A stretch of 64,000 nucleotides of DNA from Sedimentisphaerales bacterium (GCA_963663965.2 CAXXFK010000011.1:160001-224000); one strand, 5' to 3'. Positions 31,501 to 39,648 are shown, counted from the first letter of the stretch. Translations and numbers: made by a program. The notes: generated by a model from the letters alone, not told the origin.

Positions 31501-34500
31501 GAAACAACTACCTGGCCGGTCGACGACCAGGTGGAACCGATATTGCCTTTGGCTTTGATGGCGTTAAATGGAATCAAAAGCTCTATATCGATATCGGTAG
31601 TCGTACCATCGGTAGTCGTACCATCGGTGGTCGTGCCATCGGTGGTCGTGCCATCCCCGGTAGTGACATCAGGATCCCGGTCATCCGGTATCCCATCGCC
31701 GTCTTCATCCGGGGGAATATATCCGGCTTCTTCGGTGATGATGATCGAGATCATATCGCCGCCGGTTTTATTGCTGATCCGGTCGATATTGCCGTTCACG
31801 ACTGTTTTAAGCACTGAAATATCGTTGGGGCCAACCATAACGCAACTATGTCCGCCATCGCCATCCACATAAATGGCGCCAATATCGACTGGTGAAGAGC
31901 GTCCATTATCAACGGTGGTGATGGTCACGCCATCGGTGCTGACAATACTTGCGATCGCAAATCCAACCGCCCGGCGACTGGTGCCATTGACCCACTGATT
32001 ATAAGTAATATCGTAAACTGATAGCAGACGCAACGTGATCTCTCCCGGCGGAACTACCGGATCGGTAGTATCGGTCCCGGTATCGGTCCCGGTATCGGTG
32101 CCAGTATCGGTGCCAGTATCCGTATCAGTATCACTTCCGGCTGTAGTATCCGCTGGTTTGACATCAATCGGAGTAAAATTATCTTTCAAACTGGTCGTCG
32201 TATCATCACCTTTATAACCCGGTGATACAACGACGATAGCGCCGGAATCTTCTACAATTCGTGCGGAATTCCCGGCCGTAAATGTAATCTGGGAAAATCC
32301 GTTCCCGATGCCTCCAACATCGACAAACCGTACATTACCGCCGCGTGGACCGGTACTGATGATGATGGGTAAATTCGTGGTTATTTGAGGATTGCCGATT
32401 ACTCCCCCTACGATGATTGAGTCAATAATCCCACCCGCGCCCTGTCCATCGGCGTTGGCAAAAACTCCAGTATCGTAAACACCATATGTCGTGGCCCCCA
32501 GCGGCAGGAACAAATTCGTCAGGTTATTTCCAATACGGATTTCACCAATATTGCCATCCACAACTACTAAACCCGCGAAATAAGCGTTTGCGTCACCGGT
32601 AGTAGTGCCGTCTTCGGCAATTTCAAATAAATAACCTATCCGCAATGATTGTAAATTCCCGCCGACATTGATATTCACCAGCGAACGGGATGGGGAATAG
32701 AGGCTGCCCATGTCTCCAGTCACGGTAATCTGACCCACGGTGCCATCCGGACCGAATCCTACCTCTGTTCCAGCATAACCGGCCCGAACCGCATATAAAT
32801 CGCCCTGTACCGTTAAATAGGGAGCATTCCAGTATGCCCCGGTACTGATCGCTCCAACATTGCCATTGACCCAGATTCCCTGGGGATACGCGGCAGTGGC
32901 ATTATCCAGAGTGCCGATCACATTCATGCCGCCCAGCGCGGTTTTCTGTGTCCCGCTGATTTCCAGGCGATAGGTGCTGACTAATCCAGTTACCAATACC
33001 GTATAGATACCGGCTTCTTTGGCAGTATAGGTGAGCGAATAAAAGACCGTCCCCCCGGTTTCTGACGCGACCTCGGTATCATACTCCATCTCGATACCCA
33101 CGATCGTCAAAGCCGGATCCAATAAAACGGCCGAAATGCCCGAGGGGGTCAACGAACCGGGATCAGCCGGCGCTCCGGTATAAAGATTCCATAGAGCCAA
33201 TGTATCGTACATGAGAATCTGGATCGTCTCGCCGGCCATGACCGCAAAACTGTAATAATCTTCTGGATCGAATGTGGCGGATTCGACTTCACCGATAACT
33301 TGTAACACCCCGTCAATTGAACCCAGGAATTGAGCGGTTAAGGGACTGTCATTTTCAATGATCGGAGTGCCATCTGCACGGTCCATGGCGCCCGATGGGA
33401 AATAACAGGGAGTATCCGGATAACCTGTCCCATCGACTTTACGCTCGATCTCCATAACCGTCGAATCATAAAAACCGGATAACGGATCGTAAACACCCGG
33501 AAAATGATTAACGTTTGACTTGCCGTAGATCTTAATCGGCATTTCCCAGGTTTGCGGACTGTAAATATTGTTTACCGTACCCTGGATGGTCATACTATTG
33601 GTATATCCCGCCGCATCATGGGCGGCGGTAGTTCCGACCACGATCGTATTGACATCTCCATTGACGCTGAAGTCATTCGTTCCCAGATATCCAACATAGA
33701 ACGTCCCGATGCTCCCGCCCCGGACGTCTATATCACCAAAAACCCCACCGCCAATCTGGATCTTGCCAATGCTCTGGCCTTCTTCAACAATGATTCCTGG
33801 ACGATAAACACCGCCCGCCCACACGCCGGTTGGGGGATAGGCCGTTGATATCAAACTTGGCGACGCCCCCCCGGTATTGGGTCCCAGCTCATTGGGGTTT
33901 TCAATGGTGCGGGGCATCCAGTACGTGGTATTGTTAATGACGACCGGAACAGTTCCTATCATCACCCCGCCGGCATCATCTGGCGTCAATGCAACAGCGG
34001 CTCCATTTGTGATCGTATACGCCGGATCGCCATCAGTGGGACCATATTCGCCGCTATCGGTATCGTAACGGGTAATGGTAATATAGGTATCGGCGTCTGC
34101 CTGATAGACATAAAGCATATAGATATCCACCAGACTCAGCGGCTTGCCAACATTCAGGGCGTAAAGGGTGCCGGTCAGCGGATCGGTTGCGTAACCCACC
34201 CGGCTTAAAGTATTGAAGGTCATGCCCGTTAACAGGATATCGTCATCGTTCGGATTCTGGCCGAACTCAACGATATCGGTAAAAATATTATTGCCACCGG
34301 CGAAAAGATCAACTTGAACAAGAGTCCCGTCAGCGAAACCGCCTTGATCGTCGACCGTATAATAAAGACCATACAGAATATTCGTATTGTCATACATTAA
34401 ACCGGATATGACAACATTATCATCTTGGATATCGGCAACAGTACCCCACGTGACAACGGTCTCGCCAGTCACATCATCCACATTGACATTGATCGTCAAA

Positions 34501-35498
34501 AAAGATGTATTGGCAGTATTGTACCCAAGGAATACCGGTTCATCGGTGACCTTTGTCTGGTTAAAAAATACATTTTCATAAAACACAATCGTCGTGATAT
34601 TGGTATCTATAATATTGCCGTCAGCATCAACGCCCGGATCGTCAATAACACTACGCTCATAACTGCCCTGACCATACTCATCCATACCCACAGGTTCCGC
34701 TTCAACTTCCCCTGCGATAAAATCGACATCCTCTACATCAATTTTGATCAATACCTCGCCATAGCCTGCCGGCAATCCCAGCGCGTTAAAACTGGTTGGT
34801 CCCCACACCACGGCGTAAAGCCATTCTTTGCCGCTGGTATCCGTCACAAAATCAGCTGAATTGAAATCGGTGTATATCGGAAATTGAATATCGACCGAAG
34901 CGAAAGGATGATCTTCGGAAGAATCTGTTACCAAACCCAGGTAATTGTCTGCCTGGCCGGTCTCCGCGTCAATTCGAACCAGACCGCCAAAATTGGTTAA
35001 ACCATAGGTTACACCCTCTGAATTGGTTGCCAGGGCGTTTATCGAATATCCCAGAGTGCCCAATACATCCGGGGGCACTTCTTCGATCAGCGCGCCGCCG
35101 CCAGGCCCGCCAAATAATGGAATCGTGCCATAAATTCCGTCAACTACCCCACCGGGGGTATAATCACCGGAAATGTCATCCCCTTTATAATCCAGGATCT
35201 CGATCACCACATCGTTTCTGGGCGGTTCCCCGGATATCGTTCCAATTCGTATTTCGTTTAAAATGGTAAACTCTTCATCGGTAGGAGTGTTTTCCTCCGG
35301 ATCCGCGTAGACAAAAATAGTTTCATTGATCGCCCCCGCCGGATGCACAATCGTAGTCAGCAAGGTGCGATTTTCCAGGTATTCGACCGCAAGGGCTGGT
35401 TTAGTTTGAATTTTATCCGATCTGCCATTTATTAGGTTCTGAAACCATCCTGCTTTTCTTGTTTCATTACGGCGGCGTCTAATTAATTGTCGGATCAC
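22560..35498 (-). CDS. Giant (4312 aa) acidic exported protein with an LExRxLL planctomycete leader, beta-helix/propeller/PPC-like segments and a C-terminal metzincin protease motif
   Basis: GTG with AAGGAG RBS; basic leader plus YLENRTLL; GxLxxLxVxG repeats; D.DYYSF/DSDVYTF PPC-like motifs; HELGHILGLEH plus NNMMGY Met-turn. Confidence 0.9.
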   Translation of the reverse strand: MIRQLIRRRRNETRKAGWFQNLINGRSDKIQTKPALAVEYLENRTLLTTIVHPAGAINETIFVYADPEENTPTDEEFTILNEIRIGTISGEPPRNDVVIEILDYKGDDISGDYTPGGVVDGIYGTIPLFGGPGGGALIEEVPPDVLGTLGYSINALATNSEGVTYGLTNFGGLVRIDAETGQADNYLGLVTDSSEDHPFASVDIQFPIYTDFNSADFVTDTSGKEWLYAVVWGPTSFNALGLPAGYGEVLIKIDVEDVDFIAGEVEAEPVGMDEYGQGSYERSVIDDPGVDADGNIIDTNITTIVFYENVFFNQTKVTDEPVFLGYNTANTSFLTINVNVDDVTGETVVTWGTVADIQDDNVVISGLMYDNTNILYGLYYTVDDQGGFADGTLVQVDLFAGGNNIFTDIVEFGQNPNDDDILLTGMTFNTLSRVGYATDPLTGTLYALNVGKPLSLVDIYMLYVYQADADTYITITRYDTDSGEYGPTDGDPAYTITNGAAVALTPDDAGGVMIGTVPVVINNTTYWMPRTIENPNELGPNTGGASPSLISTAYPPTGVWAGGVYRPGIIVEEGQSIGKIQIGGGVFGDIDVRGGSIGTFYVGYLGTNDFSVNGDVNTIVVGTTAAHDAAGYTNSMTIQGTVNNIYSPQTWEMPIKIYGKSNVNHFPGVYDPLSGFYDSTVMEIERKVDGTGYPDTPCYFPSGAMDRADGTPIIENDSPLTAQFLGSIDGVLQVIGEVESATFDPEDYYSFAVMAGETIQILMYDTLALWNLYTGAPADPGSLTPSGISAVLLDPALTIVGIEMEYDTEVASETGGTVFYSLTYTAKEAGIYTVLVTGLVSTYRLEISGTQKTALGGMNVIGTLDNATAAYPQGIWVNGNVGAISTGAYWNAPYLTVQGDLYAVRAGYAGTEVGFGPDGTVGQITVTGDMGSLYSPSRSLVNINVGGNLQSLRIGYLFEIAEDGTTTGDANAYFAGLVVVDGNIGEIRIGNNLTNLFLPLGATTYGVYDTGVFANADGQGAGGIIDSIIVGGVIGNPQITTNLPIIISTGPRGGNVRFVDVGGIGNGFSQITFTAGNSARIVEDSGAIVVVSPGYKGDDTTTSLKDNFTPIDVKPADTTAGSDTDTDTGTDTGTDTGTDTGTDTTDPVVPPGEITLRLLSVYDITYNQWVNGTSRRAVGFAIASIVSTDGVTITTVDNGRSSPVDIGAIYVDGDGGHSCVMVGPNDISVLKTVVNGNIDRISNKTGGDMISIIITEEAGYIPPDEDGDGIPDDRDPDVTTGDGTTTDGTTTDGTTTDGTTTDIDIELLIPFNAIKAKGNIGSTWSSTGQVVVSSVLSTNADGGYTNDQIIDPSQPIAQLFAISDLWNPIGVQVSGIYSEVGVINIATDGALGDVTVLGNVNSIKMNNDDSSNSPSDFEGLNGCVVVFGDVARIELGDGILAPGMGVFPESGVYIQGTLSSASVEGYQHDLRGPVVSQTEITRLRVSNGASIIGNGFFMSVGGLGTFFDYNLANAYTVAGEVGTIEVTGEDSKIFSANIIANTIGKLYVGKGAEGIFYSEIQGGGSLFGNDLDEDFNTIGQLIVGGQGLINSSVLSIYSIENIKILPGAIIDECMIESWVNIGNVDVEYIQDSMFAAGREINKINIKDAASNVQVNAGALNNLSVKNDMVGSAIVVAGPLANLKVGGDLISTIELTGPYGNLNKMSVKGDFGTPQGGILLVDGHIGTIKVTGDFQADMLLNWDEYSNAVRSADLDGLELKNLTVGGRLTLTGNVGGDIGSVKVGEDFGINGDELRVWGDLKSFSVGSGKTAANLNSDLVVEGNLGSVKVYGDLNGDIVVKDDFKALSLNGKGANRADMVGDVIVGGDFSKLTIKNGDQYGDYYAAGEGPKLSISGSDINGISIVGGGAGISPIDGSITSTGRYISTGDIDTLHIKGNIEEGGIVFIDGNLGTLIVDENVSGLVHVTGSIGQIIVGSMGQFAGGVSGTITAGGDIDKIEVTGIMKDSYILAGFDPGIGSNLTGIVEGTYNLQTLTQAELDALWLVVETELRIDGTGIDSLESPKVGSIQSITVSTLYNSVIAAGVSPGDNQIFGDSDGSDMAGSGVSSIGTVRIESVQGDGNPFGIFADSGIEKLYLDGKKLSTPIIQNQTGFRAWDVAIVGQGDLNGFVFDSGSPFTATVDGKTITIRLSGNGTGEVVLGASSITAIQLNGVNDSSSIKIEAKGADTINVGYIFSGDDEGLKSLHIDGILGVSGQTTDIGGGVGALKVGGIAAGAQIIIGGAVKTADLGAIDATTALTTLVQIGGSVGSLKTAGIDSHATLTAETMGNVTVSGDLDGRLSNTGTTLGSVKISGSLDGVINSNGDLTSLTVTDAINGSVRAAGDIGKITSGSIYVAQIAAGGDLKKVVVKRDVAFSTLAAGLDIGSEGDMFDGAVTPKRGDLGSVSIKGDLDRSNLVAGVSPGEDLIFGTDDDVLTLSQDQQIDAPQIENIELLSTGAGDDFDTIKITFVKPKPEKLASIGQVKISGYATGSGIQGDQYAIIAAGDVDRVTVRGQSFTSYGNMRTMTVGGKELNGSLIDSGMILTQDEALDAVVRVQKDGQDYQFATEAEIVAGLVDDEVLYSDQGDIWIEYVEEENAIYYRKQDGFDIEPEGTNYYKVTVDSNLLVNRMGVKLDGEFTGEFPTGNESPGGDFEYVFAIGDIGNYTRIAFNPFLGDFPENVTWSHEEVLGNSTEMNDFYGTDLFFDSDIYRFNGVDQGQIIQAKLEDYSRRYNEGYSYLDINPDITGLLYRVEETDFLSSSWEPVYQNNGRDDLDPIRDVVAPELNQVAYGSDAFYGYEPLGGKFYRIDKDVSDNVIVPDYPTYTMLENDRNDLNLINTVQVYGQISDLKGLAGHSGDSFWAIAEFVGSDSQRLVLISNWETDIDNATDIQPEVVVSAFELQDDYANIVGLAELGGILYGVDAASGTLITLAADPLDPATFGTATEVGQLNQSGSALTGLNITGMAATPDRQRLLVVHDQEAYNYSNRLVDAIYQVDPTTGAVWADPWYVFENDADRGGLASEPKGAILNATPLLGSPIGDTFTLTYETSVKEHTFASDEITLFGEAAYPLLTINSDPSLLFENYHSEDFVNSGFYYALEITYNTNLEDIMTLTISDIDWIPETPVGDVVSVATDDPLNVQAFAFGDTIQVLINPEDGDGDTILYFAGSAYIEQLILNNQSLTGQLIGQGGRVDLNPTRDMILPTMTEMTISPTLLDTMGRVDTDNFSNLLYDTLNDAELIDDLESYLTPDVIERVEAALNFALLVEFYSYVEFSRFDAVAYDASQEVFALIDTVSFDTLPIMVSDPNELIDGLDIETMLTLDVLSDIYAYQEGLLDSTETAVEIIDIRGLEFGLEEYDDDGLIVDGSLPALYGIVTVRMTNLEDNTVTTRDSLIRIGDIVNLYDTIMVSNHDLNADGFSNITELAFGDVGYNFNTNGRMYGYDAASNTLVELDHNTMTRYASQELNINPEFGKSWAVGGEQNNLGSNGSQPFAITAMDFNYEGLLYAVDATSNYLVAIDVTESYPDELNRVRLIQPLSGSNLEILTYDSRTFFGRGFLIQTIDDRPDTMEIAVTAADNVTENAYQFGDSTTYTINTGGPGDTLTITSDLNASVTDEGGFYAITIDYSNMSLAAADSVIRVQLKDLEWLNDLGDIDSVSVNDDIAATIVSFGDASIVIDLDTYKEGVNHTITVYLGSAANVYTPAGVNNIVTLEGQAALTMTGGILEMQAPADGDYLFEVTALSDFLLGVGNYKNTLEYKLEVTLFDDGNGDFGIPGQAAQEKTSGQMTMTDGYVYEKFIPGNQPIDLSAGSADLTVDPYYSYIYYTDHDKYPVEVVANSGAIEVYNPDNPSVPGIVTVPQRNLLSAGEAGSVTVSSVISNYLDSDVYTFEVQEGQYISIDIDAEDIYGGDQVDVWAGLYNADLESLVVVAPIEDEIIFDAYSQSNDPNLTVQAVETLPGHTTVTIDPMVNGVGRYYVVITGLKTKDDVNTADSPIPYELTVTLSETQQVSDPPSQLVYLAFGDAITGENETADYLAASIGGYENLVERPAFKASDFSDDEVTVNDGVDRNYIIAQVAAEIERYYREAGLAEDEIEFTTLRPGSAGSPYPADAEYSTVIFGGRSSMNGLLGIAESVDRYNSDRSDQCVIFTEEYARLYVNGILTGEMMSDDKTERIDEIINMLSYTGAHELGHILGLEHGTEVDPDITDHDTYEPNNMMGYNNDFVEQQFETRTSYQDFAVVNYGGIGPSTQIGYENEIDLLLRNIGSGTAMGA
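31592..31654 (-). repeat. 15-bp tandem repeat encoding (DGTTT)n
   Basis: ATCGGTAGTCGTACC x2 and ATCGGTGGTCGTGCC x2. Confidence 0.9.
32062..32131 (-). repeat. 12-bp tandem repeat encoding (DTGT)n
   Basis: GTATCGGTCCCG x2, GTATCGGTGCCA x2 and degenerate copies. Confidence 0.9.
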
Positions 35499-36021
35499 AA
35501 CAATACTCCTTGCGAGGGTGGGTTATTAATCGGGCAAAATATAATCAGGCACTTCTGTCATTGCTTCATTGTTAGGCTTGTTATTTTGTTCCAGAGATAT
35601 CCTGAGCAAAACAGAAAATAATATAATAATCTTCGTTACAGGGCGTTATACCACCCTGTGGAGTACCGGCACTGCCGGATTAAATTTGAATTCAGGAATC
35701 CTGCCGCAGTGGCTGACGCAGGCAGGTAAAAAGGTATGCTGATATATGCGGCTAGCCTGGGCGGCCCTGTTATAAAGCCGAGTGTTAAGCTCTAATTGCT
35801 CAACTCTTTCTGCATAGCTTCGCGTCTTCAGTTACAATATAACGAGTCTACGCTGAAGATATAATTTTCTTCTAAACAGTCCTTTATGTCAATAAAAAAA
35901 CACTTCAGTTCTGATCAATCGCATGAATTATGATTATTTTTTTTATTTATAAAATAACACCTATTCCTGAAATCTCTTTCCATAAGCGGATTACTCTTTG
36001 TCCTGGTTTAATCTTATCTCA

Positions 36022-36041
36022 CCCCCCCCCCCCCCCCCCCC
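36022..36041 (+). repeat. C20 homopolymer in the divergent intergenic region
   Basis: 20 consecutive C. Confidence 0.9.
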
Positions 36042-36259
36042 TTATGCAACGGTGAAATCTTTAGGGTACCTCTAAATTGCTATAGAGACAAATGCGTTGA
36101 TTGTATCTTTTTAACAAAAATATTTCCGAATTTAACTAAATATGGCAGGCCCAAATTTACTCCATGCCATTATTTTAGTTAAAAAAATGTATTGACCGAT
36201 AAAACAAGATATGTGAATTTATCTTAACATTTTATCATGGCGATGGAATCCATAAAAAA

Positions 36260-39145
36260 ATGTCCCATTCAAATTACATAAATCGATTTATTATCAGCAG
36301 TTTTGGACTGGGAGTCTCACTTTTTCTCACAATCAGCCTGTTCAGCTTTGATATCAAAGACTGGCCCAATCCTGATGTGATTTATACCCATGGGGTTACC
36401 AATTTATGTGGACCCATCGGTGCCTGGCTGGCATACTATTGCAAATACTACCTTGGGCCTGCCACATTTCCGATTCTTGTATCTATTACCATCTGGTTCG
36501 TGTTTTTTTGTATGAATAAAAAAATCGAACAATTAATCCTCCGATTTATCGGTATCGTTCTGATTGGAGCCGCTTTATCCGCCTGTACCTGGCTGATAAA
36601 TCCAGGAAATGCTGTATCGATGACGACAGGAAACGGGGGCATTCTTGGAATTGCTCTGGGCCATTTTCTGCTGACCAGTACTGCCAAAACCGGCGCTTTT
36701 TTAATTATGCTGGCCACTCTGATTGTTGGATTACTTCTGGCGGCTGATAACCTGCTTATGCTACTGCCCAGATTCCTGATGTATGGCGTTGAACAACTTC
36801 GCCTGGCGGGTCCGTTGATAAGCTCTGTCACTGAAAAATCAAATCGTATTAAAGAAAAAGCAAAAAAAACAGGTTTTGAAATATTCAAACAAAGTGCCTC
36901 AATAGCAACATCTTCTGACACAATCGCTCTTAAAGAACCCGATTGGGACTCGGATGCATCAGATGATTTTACTCAAAGCCGGAATATTTCTGATTATGAA
37001 TCCGGGAAAGTTATGGACCAGGATGAAGCGGAAACTTTTTCGTTAAATGACGATTCGAATAACCCTCCAATACTGATTAATCAACCCCCTCAAGTTTCTC
37101 CTGCAGCCTCTGAACCGGCCACTGTCAGTGCGCTGGCCAAAATGGTCAGTCAACGGAAAAGAAATTCTTCGAAAAAAGAAGAAACAACTCCCGATTACAG
37201 TACCTATATCTATCCACCGGCTTCGCTGCTCGATCCTCCCAGCCCCAATTCATCTGATTCAATTAAAAAGAATGTCCACCATCGTGCCGCCGTATTACAG
37301 CAGACGCTTAAGGACTTTAACCTGGATACAGAGGTTGTTTCAGCCGAAACAGGACCAGTGATCACCATGTTCGAACTCAAACTGGCGCCCGGTATCAAGG
37401 TATCACGCATCAGCAGTCTGGCCAATGATCTGGCCCGGTCATTAGGCGCCCCGGCCGTCCGGGTCGTTGCCCCCCTGCCTGGCAAACATACGATCGGCAT
37501 CGAAGCGCCTAACTCGCATAAGGAAACCGTCCGTATCAAAGAACTGCTTCGACTGGCCGGCGATCAGCCTGGCCGCATGCATATACCGCTTTTCCTGGGT
37601 AAGGATGCCTCTGGACAGCCGCTCATCGAAGACCTGACGGCAATGCCCCACTGCCTGATTGCAGGTACCACCGGGAGCGGGAAAAGCGTTTGCATCAACA
37701 GTATCATCACCAGCATTCTGCTCACGCAGAGGCCGGATATGGTAAAAATGATACTCATTGATCCCAAAATGGTCGAAATGAATGCGTTCAGCAATATTGC
37801 GCATTTGATGTGCCCGATTGTGACTGAGATGAAACGGGCTGAGCAAATACTCAAATGGCTCACCGAAAAAATGGATGAACGATACGCCCTCCTGGCAGAA
37901 GCCCAGGTTCGTAATATTGCCGGATACAACAAACTGACCGAAGAAGAACTCATGGATCGTTTCAAACCCACCAATGAAGTGGAACGAATGAAAATTCCTA
38001 TGAAACTTCCTTATCTGGTCATCATTATCGATGAATTGGCGGACTTAATGATGACTTCCGCCAAAGAAGTGGAAAGTTATATTGTTCGTCTGGCACAAAA
38101 GAGCCGTGCCGTGGGAATCCACCTGGTGCTGGCTACCCAGCGTCCCCAGGCCACGGTGGTTACCGGCCTGATTAAAAGTAATATGCCCTGCCGGATCAGT
38201 TTCCGGGTTGCCAGCCGCATGGACAGCCGGATTGTTCTGGATAGTAATGGCGCTGAAACCCTGCTGGGACAGGGCGATATGCTCTTTTTGAAACCCGGCA
38301 CCAGCGACTTGCTGCGGGCGCAGGGGACCTACTTGAGTGATAACGAAATCAATCGCGTGGTGAAACATATCAAGGAGGTTTCCGAACCCAGTTTCCATCC
38401 GGAATTGATGCAGTTGAATACCCTGGAAAATTCTGACGAACCGCGCGATGAATTGTTTGACGAAGCCGTTCGCATCATTTTAACCAGCCGCCGGGGCAGC
38501 GTGTCATTGTTGCAACGCCGATTAACCATCGGCTACTCCCGCGCGTCCCGGCTGGTGGATCAGATGGCCATGGCTGGCATTGTCGGCGAATACAAAGGCT
38601 CACAGGCCCGTGATGTCCTGATGACCCTGGATGAATACGACGCCATACGACGCCAGATGGATCAGGATGCCGTTAATGGCTACAGCGACATGCAAAATCC
38701 GGAGGATGAGTTATATACCGATACCACACCACTGGAATGCCTGGTAGAAGATGAACCTGCGAACAACCCAATCACCGTTTCTGAATCAGGATCAACGCAA
38801 AAAGATTCCGTCCCGGTAGCCCCTCATATTCCCCCGGTTGACGATATGGATGACCTGTCCTCTTCAACAATTATTACCAGTCATGCGAATAAATCGCCGG
38901 AATTTGACCTGGAAGATAATCAGGATATGGAAGACGTCATGGTTGAGGAGGATGAGGATGGGGAAGCCGGCGATGCATATGATTCCGTAGGTGAACAAAT
39001 GGTTGATGATGATAGGGAAGAGGAATGGGAGCAAGAGGAACTGGCCGATTCCGATTCACAAATAAATGATGATTTTGAGGTATCGGAAGATGAGGAGATT
39101 GATAATGTTCAATATGAATACCTGGATGATGATGAAATAACCTGA
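36260..39145 (+). CDS. ftsK: DNA translocase FtsK with a long acidic C-terminal tail
   Basis: 4TM domain (NLCGPIGAWLA), Walker A AGTTGSGKS, LIDPKMVE, IIDELADLM, LATQRP, gamma domain SVSLLQRRLTIGYSRASRLVD. Confidence 0.97.
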   Translation: MSHSNYINRFIISSFGLGVSLFLTISLFSFDIKDWPNPDVIYTHGVTNLCGPIGAWLAYYCKYYLGPATFPILVSITIWFVFFCMNKKIEQLILRFIGIVLIGAALSACTWLINPGNAVSMTTGNGGILGIALGHFLLTSTAKTGAFLIMLATLIVGLLLAADNLLMLLPRFLMYGVEQLRLAGPLISSVTEKSNRIKEKAKKTGFEIFKQSASIATSSDTIALKEPDWDSDASDDFTQSRNISDYESGKVMDQDEAETFSLNDDSNNPPILINQPPQVSPAASEPATVSALAKMVSQRKRNSSKKEETTPDYSTYIYPPASLLDPPSPNSSDSIKKNVHHRAAVLQQTLKDFNLDTEVVSAETGPVITMFELKLAPGIKVSRISSLANDLARSLGAPAVRVVAPLPGKHTIGIEAPNSHKETVRIKELLRLAGDQPGRMHIPLFLGKDASGQPLIEDLTAMPHCLIAGTTGSGKSVCINSIITSILLTQRPDMVKMILIDPKMVEMNAFSNIAHLMCPIVTEMKRAEQILKWLTEKMDERYALLAEAQVRNIAGYNKLTEEELMDRFKPTNEVERMKIPMKLPYLVIIIDELADLMMTSAKEVESYIVRLAQKSRAVGIHLVLATQRPQATVVTGLIKSNMPCRISFRVASRMDSRIVLDSNGAETLLGQGDMLFLKPGTSDLLRAQGTYLSDNEINRVVKHIKEVSEPSFHPELMQLNTLENSDEPRDELFDEAVRIILTSRRGSVSLLQRRLTIGYSRASRLVDQMAMAGIVGEYKGSQARDVLMTLDEYDAIRRQMDQDAVNGYSDMQNPEDELYTDTTPLECLVEDEPANNPITVSESGSTQKDSVPVAPHIPPVDDMDDLSSSTIITSHANKSPEFDLEDNQDMEDVMVEEDEDGEAGDAYDSVGEQMVDDDREEEWEQEELADSDSQINDDFEVSEDEEIDNVQYEYLDDDEIT

Positions 39146-39257
39146 CCGGCCCGGCTTAACCTGAGCGATTCCCGGGCTCTGGAATTTCGATCTTTAACCC
39201 TTGCAATTTAATAAATTTATTGTTAATTTCTTGTTCCTGTAAAATTGATAACCCATT

Positions 39258-39344
39258 GGAGAGATGTCCGAGCGGCTTATGGAGCTGGTTTCGAAAACCA
39301 GTGTACGGGCAACTGTACCGGGGGTTCGAATCCCCCTCTCTCCG
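39258..39344 (+). tRNA. tRNA-Ser(CGA)
   Basis: Acceptor GGAGAGA/TCTCTCC-G, anticodon arm CTGGT-TTCGAAA-ACCAG, long variable arm, GGTTCGAATCC; upstream TTGCAA-N17-TAATTT. Confidence 0.96.
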
Positions 39345-39346
39345 TT

Positions 39347-39378
39347 ATAAGCTCTTGTTACACAAGGGCTTATTTTTT
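39347..39378 (+). terminator. Terminator of tRNA-Ser
   Basis: TAAGCTCTTG ttaca CAAGGGCTTA TTTTTT. Confidence 0.75.
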
Positions 39379-39432
39379 GTCGGTTCGTTTTTCCCTGGCT
39401 GATTTGATCGTTGAAAACGGCTCAGAATCTAG

Positions 39433-39467
39433 AAAAAAACCCCTGATCTTTTGTCGATCAGAGGTTT
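39433..39467 (-). terminator. Terminator of tRNA-Arg
   Basis: AAAAAAA-CCCCTGATC ttttgtc GATCAGAGGTTT. Confidence 0.7.
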
Positions 39468-39474
39468 ATAAATC

Positions 39475-39548
39475 TATCCCCGACTGGATTCGAACCAGAA
39501 ACCTTCGGCTCCGGAGGCCGACGCTCTATCCAATTGAGCTACGGGGAC
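39475..39548 (-). tRNA. tRNA-Arg(CCG)
   Basis: Reverse complement GTCCCCGTAGCTCAATTGGATAGAGCGTCGGCCTCCGGAGCCGAAGGTTTCTGGTTCGAATCCAGTCGGGGATA; upstream TTGACT-N17-TATGAT. Confidence 0.96.
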
Positions 39549-39648
39549 TTATAATAACAAAAGCCATTATGATTTTGAGAATCATAACGGCTTTTTGGGT
39601 GTTAGTCAAGTATTATGTCGATCTGGTCAGAACGACCTCACTATCAGG

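Noticed and set aside
39258..39548. tRNA-anchored genomic island (attL/attR)
   Set aside because: No duplicate of either tRNA 3' end and no integrase was seen in the window.
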